The notes beneath the pieces are model-generated. The model made no database searches. It saw nothing but the letters and a program-made list of their open reading frames with translations, and was not told where the DNA came from. DNA of 64,000 nt, from assembly GCF_009914755.1 (NCBI RefSeq), contig NC_060937.1; one strand, 5' to 3'. Position numbers and translations under genes: made by a program. Positions 15,001 through 30,000 of this stretch are shown here, one piece after another (positions within the stretch are counted from its first letter, which is position 1; every line of letters begins with the position of its first letter). This DNA comes from the human T2T-CHM13v2.0 reference genome, Homo sapiens.

Positions 15001-18000
15001 TACATAAAATATGAAAGTACATCAAATATAGATTATATACTGTACATAAAATAACAAAGTACCCCAAATATATATTATATACTCTACATGAAATATCAAA
15101 GTTCACAAACTATATATTATATACTGTACATAAAATATCAAAGTACCCAAGGTATATATTCTATACTGTACAAAAAATATCAAAGTACCCAAAGCATGTA
15201 TTATATACTGTACATAAAATATGAAAGTACATCAAATATATATTTTATTCTGTACATCAAATATCAAAGTACACCAGATATATATTCTATAGTGTACATA
15301 AAATAACAAAGTACACAAACTATAAATTATATACTGTATATAAAATATGAAATTACATCAAAAATATATTAGGTACATAAAATATGAAAGTACATCAAAT
15401 ATAGATTATATACTGTACATAAAATATCAATGTACCCCAAATATATATTTTATACTCTACATGAAATATCAAAGTTCACAAACTATATATTATATACTGT
15501 ACATAAAATATCAAAATACCCAAGGTATATATTCTATACTGAACAAAAAATATCAAAGTACCCAAAGCATGTATTATATACTGTACATAAAATATGAAAG
15601 TACATCAAATATATATCTTATTCTGTACATAAAATATCAATGTACACCAGATATATATTCTATAGTGTACATAAAATATCAAAGTACCCAAACTATACAT
15701 TATATACTGTACAGAAAATATGAAATTACAGCAAATATATATTATATTAGGTACATAAAATATGAAAGTACATCAAACATAGATTATATACTGTACATTA
15801 AATACCAAAGTAACCCAAATATATATTTTATACTGTACATGAAAATTCAAAGTTCACAAACCATATATTATATACTGTACATAAAATATCAAAGTACACA
15901 AGGTATATATTCTATACTGTACAAAAAATATCAAAGTACCCAAAGCATGTATTATAAACTGTACATAAAATATGAAAGTACATCAAATATATATTTTATT
16001 CTGTACATAAAATATCAAAGTACACCAGATATATATTCTACACTGTACATAAAATATCAAATTACCCAAACTATACATTATATACTGTACATAAAATATA
16101 AGATTACATCAAATATATATTATATTAGGTACATAAAATATGAAAGTACATCAGATATAGATTATATACTGTACATAAAATATCAAAGTACCCCAAATAT
16201 ATATTATATACTCTCCATGAAATATCAAAGTTCGCAAACTATATATTATATACTTTACATAAAATATCAAAGTACCCAAGGTATATATTCTATACTGTAC
16301 AAAAAATATCAAAGTACCCAAAGCATGTATTATATACTGTACATAAAATATGAAAGTACATCAAGTATATATTTTATTCTGTACATAAAATATCAAAGTA
16401 CACCAGATATATATTCTATAGAGTACATAAAATATCAAAGTACCCAAACTAAACATTATATACTGTGCATAAAATATGAGATTACATCAAATATATATTA
16501 AATTAGGTACATAAAATATGAAAGTACATCAGACATAGATTATATACTGTACATAAAATATCAAAGTACCCCAAATATATATTATATACTCTACATGAAA
16601 TATCAAAGTTCACAAACTATATATTATATACTGTACATAAAATATCAAAGTACCCAAGGTATATATTCTATACTGTACAAAAAATATCAAAGTACCCAAA
16701 GCATGTATTATATACTGTACATAAAATATGAAATTACGTCAAATATATATTTTATTCTGTACATAAAATATCAAAGTACACCAGATATATATTCTATAGT
16801 GTACATAAAATAACAAAGTACACAAACTATACATTATATACTGTACATAAAATATGAAATTACATCAAATATATATTAGGTACATAAAATATGAAAGTAC
16901 ATCAAATATAGATTATATACTGTACATAAAATATCAAAGTACCCCAAATATATATTATATACTCTACATGAAATATCAAAGTTCACAAACCATATATTAT
17001 ATACTGTACATAAAATATAAAAGTACCCAAGGTATATATTCTATACTGTACAAAAAATATCAAAGTACCCAAAGCATGTATTATATACTGTATATAAAAT
17101 ATGAAAGTACATTAAATACATATTTTTTTCTGTACATAAAATATCAAAGTACACCAGATATATATTCTATAGTGTACATAAAATAAAAAAGTACACAAAC
17201 TATAAATTATATAGTGTACATAAAATATGAAATTACATCAAATATATATTAGGTACATAAAATATGAAAGTACATCAAATATAGATTATATACTGTACAT
17301 ATCAATGTACCCGAAATATATATTTTATACTCTACATGAAATATCAAAGTTCACAAACTATATATTATATACTGTACATAAAATATCAAAGTACCCAAGG
17401 TATATATTCTATACTATACAAAAAATATCAAAGTACCCAAAGCATGTATTATATACTGTACATAAAATATGAAAGTACATCAAATATATATTTTATTCTG
17501 TACATAAAATATCAAAGTACACCAGATATATATTCTATAGTGTACATAAAATATCAAAGTACCCAAACTATACATTATATACTGTACATAAAATATGAGA
17601 TTACATCAAATATATATTATATTAGGTACATAAAATATGAAAGTACATCAGATATAGATTATATACTGTACATAAAATATCAAAGTACCCCAAATATGTA
17701 TTATATACTCTACATGAAATATCAAAGTTCGCAAACTATATATTATATACTGTACATAAAATATCAAAGTACCCAAGGTATATATTCTATGCTGTACAAA
17801 AAATATCAAAGTACCCAAAGCATGTATTATATACTGTACATAAAATATGAAAATACATTAAATATATATTTTATTCTGTACATAAAATATCAAAGTACTC
17901 CAGATATATATTCTATAGTGTACATAAAATAACAAAGTACACAAAGTATAAATTATATACTGTACGTAAAATATGAAATTACATCAAATATATATTAGGT

Positions 18001-21000
18001 ACATAAAATATGAAAGTACATCAAATATAGATTATATACTGTACATATAATATCAATGTACCCCAAATATATATTTTATACTCTACATGAAATATCAAAG
18101 TTCACAAACCATACATTATATACTGTACATAAAATATCAAAGTACCCAAGGTATATATTCTATACTGTACAAAAAATATCAAAGTACCCAAAGCATGTAT
18201 TATATACTGTATATAAGATATGAAAGTACATCAAATATATATTTTATTCTGTACATAAAATAGCAAAGTACACCAGATATATATTCTACAGTCTACATAA
18301 AATATCAAAGTACCCAAACTATACATTATTTACTGTACATAAAATATGAAATTACATCAAATATATATTAGGTACATAAAATATGAAAGTACATCAAATA
18401 TAGATTATATACTGTACATAAAATATCAAAGTACCCCAAATATATATTATATACTGTACATGAAATATCAAAGTTCACAAACTATATATTATATACTGTA
18501 CATAAAATATCAAAGTACCCAAGGTATATATTCTATACTGTACAAAAAATATCAAAGTACCCAAAGCATGTAGTATATACTGTACATAAAATATCAAAGT
18601 ACCCCAAATATATATTATATACTCTACATGAAATATCAAAGTTCACAAACTATATATTATATACTGTACAGAAAATATCAAAGTACCCAAGGTATATATT
18701 CTATACTGTACAAAAAATATCAAAGTACACAAAGCATGTATTATATACTGTACATAAAATATGAAAGTACATCAAATATATATTTTATTCTGTACATAAA
18801 ATATCAAAGTACACCAGATATATATTCTATAGTGTACATAAAATAACAAAGTACACAAACTATAAATTATATACTGTACATAAAATATGAAATTACATCA
18901 AATATATATTAGGTACAAAAAATATGAAAGTACATCAAATATAGATTATATACTGTACATAAAATATCAATGTACAGCAAATATATATTTTATACTCTAC
19001 ATGAAATATCAAAGTTCACAAACCATATATTATATACTGTACATAAAATATCAAAGTACCCAAGGTATATATTCTATACTGTACAAAAAATATCAAACTA
19101 CCCAAAGCATGTATTATATACTATACATAAAATATGAGAGTACATCAAATATATATTTTATTCTGTACATAAAATATCAAAGTACACCAGATATATATTC
19201 TATAGTGTACATAAAATATCAAAGTACCCAAACTATACATTATATACTGTACATAAAATATGAAATTACATCAAATATATATTATATTAGGTACATAAAA
19301 TATGAAAGAACATCAAATGTAGATTATATACTGTACATAAAATATCAAAGTACCATAAATATATATTATATACTCTACATGAAATATCAAAGTTCACAAA
19401 CCATACATTATATACTGTACATAAAATATCAAAGTACCCAAGGTATATATTCTATAATGTACAAAAAATATCAAAGTAACCAAAGCGTGTATTATATACT
19501 GTATATAAAATATGAAATTACATCAAATATATATTTTATTCTGAACATAAAATATCAAAGTACACCAGATATATATTCTATATTGTACATAAAATATCAA
19601 AGTACCCAAACTATACATTATATACTGTACATAAAATATGAAATTACATCAAATATATATTATATTAGGTACATAAAATACGAAAGTATATCAAACATAG
19701 ATTATATACTGTACATAAAATATCAAAGTACCCCAAATATATATTACATACTCTACATGAAATATCAAAGTTCACAAACTATATATTATATACTGTACAT
19801 AAAATATCAAAGTACCCAAGGTACATATTCTATACTGTACAAAAAATATCAAAGTACCCAAAGCATGTATTATATACTGTATATAAAATATGAAAGTACA
19901 TCAAATATATATTTTATTCTGTACGTAAAATATCAAAGTACACCAGATATATATTCTATAGTGTACATAAAATAACAAAGTACAAAAACTATAAATTATA
20001 TACTGTACATAAAATATGAAATTACATCAAATACATATTAGGTACATAAAATATGAAAGTACATCAAATATAGATTATATACTGTACATAAAATATCAAA
20101 GTACCCCAAATATATATTATATACTCTACATGAAATATCAAAGTTCACAAACTATATATTATATACTGTACATAAAATATCAAAGTACCCAAGGTATATT
20201 TTCTATACTGTACAAAAAATATCAAAGTACACAAAGCATGTATTATATACTGTATATAAAATATGAAAGTACATCAAATATATATTTTATTCTGTACATA
20301 AAATATCAAAGTACACCAGATATATATTCTATAGTGTACATAAAATAACAAAGTACACAAACTATAAATTATATACTGTACATAAAATATGAAATTACAT
20401 CAAATATATATTAGGTACATATAATATGAATGTACATCAAATACAGATTATATACTGTACATATAATATCAATGTACCCCAAATATATATTTTATACTCT
20501 ACATGAAACATCAAAGTTCACAAACCATATATTTTATACTGTACATAAAATATCAAAGTACCCAAGGTATATATTCTATACTGTACAAAAAATATCAAAG
20601 TACCCAAAGCATATATTATATACTGTACATAAAATATGAAAGTACATCAAATATATATTTTACTCTGTACATAAAATATCAAAGTACACCAGATATATAT
20701 TCTATAGTGTACATAAAATAACAAAGTACACAAACTATACATTATATACTTTACATAAAATATGAAATTACATCAAATATATATTAGGTACATAAAATAT
20801 GAAAGTACATCAAATATAGATTATATACTGTACATAAAATATCAAAGTACCCCAAATATATATTATATACTCTACATGAAATATCAAAGTTCGCAAACTA
20901 TATATTATATACTGTACATAAAATATCAAAGTACCCAAGGTATATATTCTATACTGTGCAGAAAATATCAAAGTACCCAAAGCATGTATTATATACTGTA

Positions 21001-24000
21001 TATAAAATATGAAAGTACATCAAATATATATTTTATTCTGTACATAAAATAACAAAGTACACCAGATATATATTCTATAGTGTACATAAAATAACAAAGT
21101 ACACAAACTATAAATTATATACTGTACATAAAATATGAAATTACCTCAAATATATATTAAGTACATAAAATATGAAAGTACATCAAATATAGATTATATA
21201 CTGTACATAAAATATCAATGTACCCCAAATATATATTTTATACTCTACATGAAATATCAAAGTTCACAAACCATATATTATATACTGTACATAAAATATC
21301 AAACTACCCAAGGTATATATTCTATACTATACAAAAAATATCAAAGTACCCAAAACATGTATTATATACTGTACATAAAATATGAAAGTACATCAAATAT
21401 ATATTTTATTCTGTACATAAAATATCAAAGTACACCAGATATATATTCTATAGTGTACATAAAATATCAAAGTACCCAAACTATACATTATATGCTATAT
21501 ATAAAATATGAGATTACATCAAATATATATTGTATTAGGTACATAAAATATGAAAGTACATCAAATATAGATTATATACTGTACATAAAATATCAAAGTA
21601 CCCCAAATATATATTATATACTCTACATGAAATATCAAAGTTCACAAACTATATATTATATACTGTACATAAAATATCAAAGTACCCAAGGTATATATTC
21701 TATACTGTACAAAAAATATCAAAGTACCCAAAGCATGTATTATATACTGTACATAAAATATGAAATTACGTCAAATATATATTTTATTCTGTACATAAAA
21801 TATCAAAGTACACCAGATATATATTCTATAGTGTACATAAAATAACAAAGTACACAAACTATACATTATATACTGTACATAAAATATGAAATTACATCAA
21901 ATATATATTAGGTACATAAAATATGAAAGTACATCAAATATAGATTATATACTGTACATAAAATATCAAAGTACCCCAAATATATATTTTATACTCTACA
22001 TGAAATATCAAAGTTCACAAACCATATATTATATACTGTACATAAAATATCAAAGTACCCAAGGTATATATTCTATACTGTACAAAAAATATCAAAGTAC
22101 ACAAAGCATGTATTATATACTGTACATAAAATATGAAAGTACATCAAATATATATTTTATTCTGTACAAAAAAATCAATGTACACCAGACATATATTCTA
22201 TAGTGTACATAAAATATCAAAGTACCCAAACTATACATTATATACTGTACATAAAATATGAAATTACATCAAATATATTTTATATTAGGTACATAAAATA
22301 TGAAAGTACATCAAATATAGATTATATGCTGTACATTAAATACCAAAGTACCCTAAATATATATTTTATACTGTACATGAAATATCAAAGTTCACAAACT
22401 ATATATTATATACTGTACATAAAATATCAAAGTACCCAAGGTATATATTCTATACTGTACAAAAAATATCAAAGTACCCAAGCATGTATTATATACTGTA
22501 CATAAAATATGAAAGTACATCAAATATATATTTTATTCTGTACATAAAATATCAAATTACACCAGATATATATACTATAGTGTACATAAAATATCAAAGT
22601 ACCCAAACTATACATTATATACTGTACATAAAATATGAAAGTACATAAAATATATATTATATTAGGTACATAAAATATGAAATTACATAAAATATATATT
22701 ATATTAGTTACATTAAATATGAAAGTACATCAAATATAGATTATATACTGTACATTAAATACCAAACTACCCCAAATATATATTTTATACTGTATATGAA
22801 ATATCTAACTTCACAAACTATATATTATATACTGTACATAAAATATCAAAGTACCCAAGGTATATATTCTATACTGTACAAAAGATATCAAAGTACCCAA
22901 AGCATGTATTATATACTGTACATAAAATATGAAAGTACATCAAATATATATTTTATTCTGCACATAAAATATCAAAGTACACCAGATATATATTCTATAG
23001 TGTACCTAAAATATCAAAGTATCCAAACTATTTATTATACACTGTACATAAAATATGAAATTACATCAAATATATATTATATTAGGTACATAAAATATGA
23101 AAGTACATCAAATATAGATTATATGCTGTACATTAAATACCAAAGTACCCCAAATATATATTTTATACTGTACATGAAATATCAAAGTTCACAAACTATA
23201 TATTATATACTGTACATAAAATATCAAAGTACCCAATGTATATATTCCATACTGTACCAAAAATATCAAAGTACCCAAAGCACGTATTATATACTGTACA
23301 TAAAATATCAAAGTACATCAAATATATATTTTATTCTGTACATAAAATATCAAAGTACACCAGATATATATTCTATACTGTACATAAAATATCAAAGTAC
23401 CCAAACTATACATTATATACTGTATATAAAATATGAAATTATATCAAATCTATATTAGGTACATAAAATATGAAAGTACATAAAATATAGATTATATACT
23501 GTACATAAAATATCAAAGTACCCCAAATATATATTATATACTCTACATGAAATATTAAAGTTCACAAACTATATATTATATACTGTACATAAAATATCAA
23601 AGTACCCAAGGTATATATTCTATACTGTGCAAAAAATATCAAAGTACCCAAAGCATGTATTATATACTGTATATAAAATATGAAAGTACATCAAATATAT
23701 ATTTTATTCTGCACATAAAATATCAAAATACAACAGATATATATTCTATAGTGTACATAAAATAACAAAGTACACAAACTATACATTTTATACTGTACAT
23801 AAAATATGAAATTACATCAAATATATATTAGGTACATAAAATATGAAAGCACATCAAATATAGATTATATACTGTACATATAATATCAACGTACCCCAAA
23901 TATATATTTTATACTCTACATGAAATATCAAAGTTCACAAACTATATATTATATACTGTACATAAAATATCAAAGTACCCAAGGTATATATTCCATACTG

Positions 24001-27000
24001 TACCAAAAATATCAAAGTACCCAAAGCACGTATTATATACTGTACATAAAATATGAAAGTACATCGAATATATATTTTATTCTGTACATAAAATATCAAA
24101 GTACACCAGATATATATTCTATAGTGTACATAAAATATCAAAGTACCCAAACTATACATTATATACTGTACATAAAATATGAAATTACATCAAATATATA
24201 TTAGGTACATAAAATATGAAAGTACATCAAATATAGATTATATACTGTACATAAAATATCAAAATACCCCAAATATATATTATATACTCTACATGAAATA
24301 TCAAAGTTCACAAACTATATATTATATACTGTACATAAAATATCAAAGTACCCAAGGTATATATTCTATACTGTGCAAAAAATATCAAAGTACCCAAAGC
24401 ATGTATTATATACTGTATATAAAATATGAAAGTACATAAAATATATATTTTATTCTGTACATAAAATATCAAATTACACCAGATATATATACTATAGTGT
24501 ACATAAAATATCAAAGTACCCAAACTATACATTATATACTGCACATGAAATATGAAATTACATAAAATATATATTATATTAGGTACATAAAATATGAAAT
24601 TACATAAAATATATATTATATTAGTTATATAAAATAAGAAAGTACATCAAATATAGATTATATACTGTACATTAAATACCAAACTACCCCAAATATATAT
24701 TTTATACTGTATATGAAATATCAAACTTCACAAACTATATATAATATACTGTACATAAAATATCAAAGTACCCAAGGTATATATTCTATACTGTACAAAA
24801 GATATCAAAGTACCCAAAGCATGTATTATATACTGTACATAAAATATGAAATTACATCAAATATATATTTTATTCTGTACATAAAATATCAAACTACACC
24901 AGATATATATTCTATAGTGTACATAAAATATAAAAGTACCGAAACTATTTATTATATACTGTACATAAAATATGAAATTACATCAAATATATATTATATT
25001 AGGTACATAAAATATGAAAGTACATCAAATATAGATTATATACAGTACATTAAATACCAAAGTACCCCAAATATATATTATATACTCTACATGAAATATC
25101 AAAGTTCACAAACTATATATTATATACTGTACATAAAATATAAAAGTACCCAAGGTATATATTCTATACTATACAAAAAATATCAAAGTACCCAAAGCAT
25201 GTATTCTATACTGTACATAAAATGTGAAAGTACATCAAATATATATTTTATTCTGTACAAAAAATATCAAAGTTCACCAGATATATATTCTATAGTGTAC
25301 ATAAAATAACAAAGTAAACAAACTATACATTATATACTGTACAAAAAATATGAAATTACATCAAATATATATTAGGTACATAAAATATGAAAGTACATCA
25401 AATATATATTTTATTCTGTACATAAAATATCAAAGTACACCAGATATATGTTCTATAGTGTACATAAATTATCAAAGTACACAAACTATACATTATATAC
25501 CGTAAATAAAATATGAAATTACATCAAATATATTTTATATTAGGTACATAAAATATGAAAGTACATCAAATACAGATTATATACTGTACATTAAATACCA
25601 AAGTACCCCAAATATATATTTTATACTGTACATGAAATATCAAAGTTCACAAACTATATATTATATACTGTACATAAAATATCAAAGTACCCAAGGTATA
25701 TATTCTATACTGTACAAAAAATATCAAAGTACCCAAAGCATGTATTATGTACTGTACATTAAATATGAAAGTACATCAAATATATATTTTATTCTGTACA
25801 TAATATATCAAAGTACACCAGATATATATTCTATAGTGTACATAAAATAACAAAGTACACAAACTATAAATTATATACTGTACATAAAATATGAAATTGC
25901 ATCAAATATATATTAGTTACATAATATATTAAAGTACATCAAATATAGATTATATACTGTACATAATATATCAATGTACCCCAAATATATATTTTATACT
26001 ATACATGAAATATCAAAGTTCACAAACCATATATTGTATACTGTACATAAAATATCAAAGTACCCAAGGTATATATTCTATACTGTACAAAAAATATCAA
26101 AGTACCCAAAGCATGTATTATATACTGTACATAAAATATGAAAGTACATCAAATATATATTTTATTCTGTACATAAAATATCAAAGTACACCAGATATAT
26201 ATTCTATAGTGTACATAAAATATCAAAGTACCCAAACTATACATTATATACTGTACATAAAATATGAAATTACATCAAATATATATTATATTAGGTACAT
26301 AAAATATGAAAGTACATCAAATAGAGATTATATACTGTACATTAAATACCAAAGTACCCCAAATATATATTTTATACTGTACATGAAATATCAAAGTTCA
26401 CAAACTATATATTATATACTGTACATAAAATATCAAAGTACCCAAGGTATATATTCTATACTGTACAAAAAATATCAAAGTACCCAAAGCATGTATTATA
26501 TACTGTACCTAAAATATGAAAGTACATGAAATATATATTATATTCTGTACATAAAATTTCAAAGTACACCAGATATATATTCTATAGTGTACATAAAATA
26601 TCAAAGTACCCAAATATTACATTATGTACTGTACATAAAATATGAAATTACATCAAATATATATTATATTAGGTACATAAAATATGAAAGTACATCAAAT
26701 ATAGATTATACACTATATATAAAATATCAAAGTACCCCAAATATATATTATATACTCTACATGAAATATCAAAGTTCACAAACTATATATTATATACTGT
26801 ACATAAAATAAAGTCCCCAAGGTATATATTCTATACTGTAGAAAAAATATCAAAGTACCCAAAGCATGTATTATATACTGTACATAAAATATGAAAATAC
26901 ATCAAATATATATTTTATTCTGAACATAAAATATCAAGGTACACCAGATATATATTCTATAGTGTACATATAATAACAAAGTACACAAACTATAAATTAT

Positions 27001-30000
27001 ATACTGTACATAAAATATGAAATTACATCAAATATATATTAAGTACATAAAATATGAAAGTACATCAAATATAGATTATATACTGTACATAAAATATAAA
27101 TGTACCCCAAATATATATTTTATACTCTACATGAAATATCAAAGTTCACAAACCATATATTATATACTGTACATAAAATATCAAAGTACCCAAGCTATAT
27201 ATTCTATACTGTACAAAAAATATCAAAGTACCCAAAGCATGTATTATATACTGTACATAAAATATGAAACTACATCAAATATATATTTTATTCTGTACAA
27301 AAAATATCAAAGTACACCAGACATATTTTCTATAGTGTACATAAAATATCAAAGTACCCAAAGCATGTATTATATACTGTACATAAAATATGAGAGTACA
27401 TCAAATATATATTTTATACTGTACATAAAATATCAAAGTACACCAGATATATATTCTATAGTGTACATAAAATATCAAAAGTACCCAAAATATACATTAT
27501 GTACTGTACATAAAATATGAAATTACATCAAATATATATTATATTAGGTACATAAAATATGAAAGTACATCAAATATAGATTATATACTGCACATTAAAT
27601 ACCAAAGTACCCCAAATATATATTTTATACTGTACATGAAATATCAAAGTTCACACACTTTATATTATATACTGTAGATAAAATATCAAAGTACCCAAGG
27701 TATATATTCTATACTGTACAAAAAACATCAAAGTACCCAAAGCATGTATTATATACTGTACATAAAATATGAAAGTACATCAAATATATATTTTATTCTG
27801 TACGTAAAATATCAAAGTACACCAAATATATATTCTATAGTGTACATAAAATATCAAAGTACCCAAACTATACATTATATACTGTACATAAAATATGAAA
27901 TTACATCAAATATATATTATATTTGGTACATAAAATATGAACGTACATCAAATATAGATTATATACTGTACATAAAATATCAAACTACCCCAAATATATA
28001 TTATATACTCTACATGAAATATCAAAGTTCACAAACTATATATTATATACTGTACATAAAATATCAAAGTACTCAAGGTATATATTCTATACTGTACAAA
28101 AAATATCAAAGTACCCAAAGCATGTATTATATACTGTATATAAAATATGAAAGTACATTAAATACATATTATATTCTGTACATAAAATATCAAAGTACAC
28201 CAGATATATATTCTATAGTGTACATAAAATAACAAAGTACACAAACTATAAATTATATACTGTACATAAAATATGAAATTACATCAAATATATATTAGGT
28301 ACATAAAATATGAAAGTACATCAAATATAGATTATATACTGTACATAAAATATCAATGTACCCCAAATATATATTTTATACTCTACATGAAATATCAAAG
28401 TTCACAAACCATATATTATATACTGTACATAAAATATCAAGGTACCCAAGGTATATATTCTATACTATACAAAAAATATCAAAGTACCCAAAGCATGTAT
28501 TATATACTGTACATAAAATATGAGAGTACATAAAATATATATTTTATTCTGTACATAAAATATCAAAGTACACCAGATATATATTCTATAGTGTACATAA
28601 AATATAAAATTACCCAAACTATACATTATATACTGTACATAAAATATGAGATTACATCAAATATATATTATATTAGGTACATAAAATATGAAAGTACATC
28701 TGATATAGATTATATACTGTACATAAAATATCAAAGTACCCCAAATATATATTATATAATCTACATGAAATATGATAGTTCAAAAACTATATATTATATA
28801 CTGTACATAAAATATCAAAGTACCCAAGGTATATATTCTATACTGTACAAAAAATATCAAAGTACCCAAAGCATGTATTATATACTGTGTATAAAATATG
28901 AAAATACATTAAATATATATTTTATTCTGTACATGAAATATCAAAGTACACCAGATATATATTCTATAGTGTACATAAAATAACAAAGTACACAAACTAT
29001 AAATTATATACTGCACGTAAAATATGAAATTACATCAAATATATATTAGGTACATAAACTATGAAAGTACATCAAATATAGATTATATACTGTACATATA
29101 ATATCAATGTACCCCAAATATATATTTTATACTCTACATGAAATATCAAAGTTCACAAACCATACATTATATACTGTATATAAAATATCAAAGTACCCAA
29201 GGTATATATTCTATACTGTACAAAAAATATCAAAGTACCCAAAGCATGTATTATATACTGTACATAAAATATGAAAGTACATCAAATATATATTTTATTC
29301 TGTACATAAAATATCAAAGTACACCAGATATATATTCTATAGTGTACATAAAATAACAAAGTACACAAACTATAAATTATATACTGTACATAAAATATGA
29401 AATTACATCAAATATATATTAGGTACATAAAATATGAAAGTATATCAAATATAGATTATATACTGTACATATAATATCAATGTACACCAAATATATATTT
29501 TATACTGTACATGAAATATCAAAGTTCACAAACCATATATTATATACTGTACATAAAATATCAAAGTACCCAAGGTATATATTCTATACTGTACAAAAAA
29601 TATCAAAGTACCCAAAGCATGTATTATATACTGTACATAAAATATGAAAGTACATCAAATATATATTTTATTCTGTACATAAAATATCAAAGTACACCAG
29701 ATATATATTCTATAGTGTACATAAAATATCAAAGTACCCAAACTATACATTATATACTATACATAAAATATGAAATTACATCAAATATATATTATATTAG
29801 GTACATAAAATATGAAAGCACATCAAATATAGATTATATACTGTACATTAAATACCAAAGTACCCCAAATATATATTTTATACTGTACATCAAATATCAA
29901 AGTTCATAAACTATATATTATATACTGTACATAAAATATCAAAGTACCCAAGGTATATATTCTATACTGTACAAAAAATATCAAAGTACCCAAAGCATGT

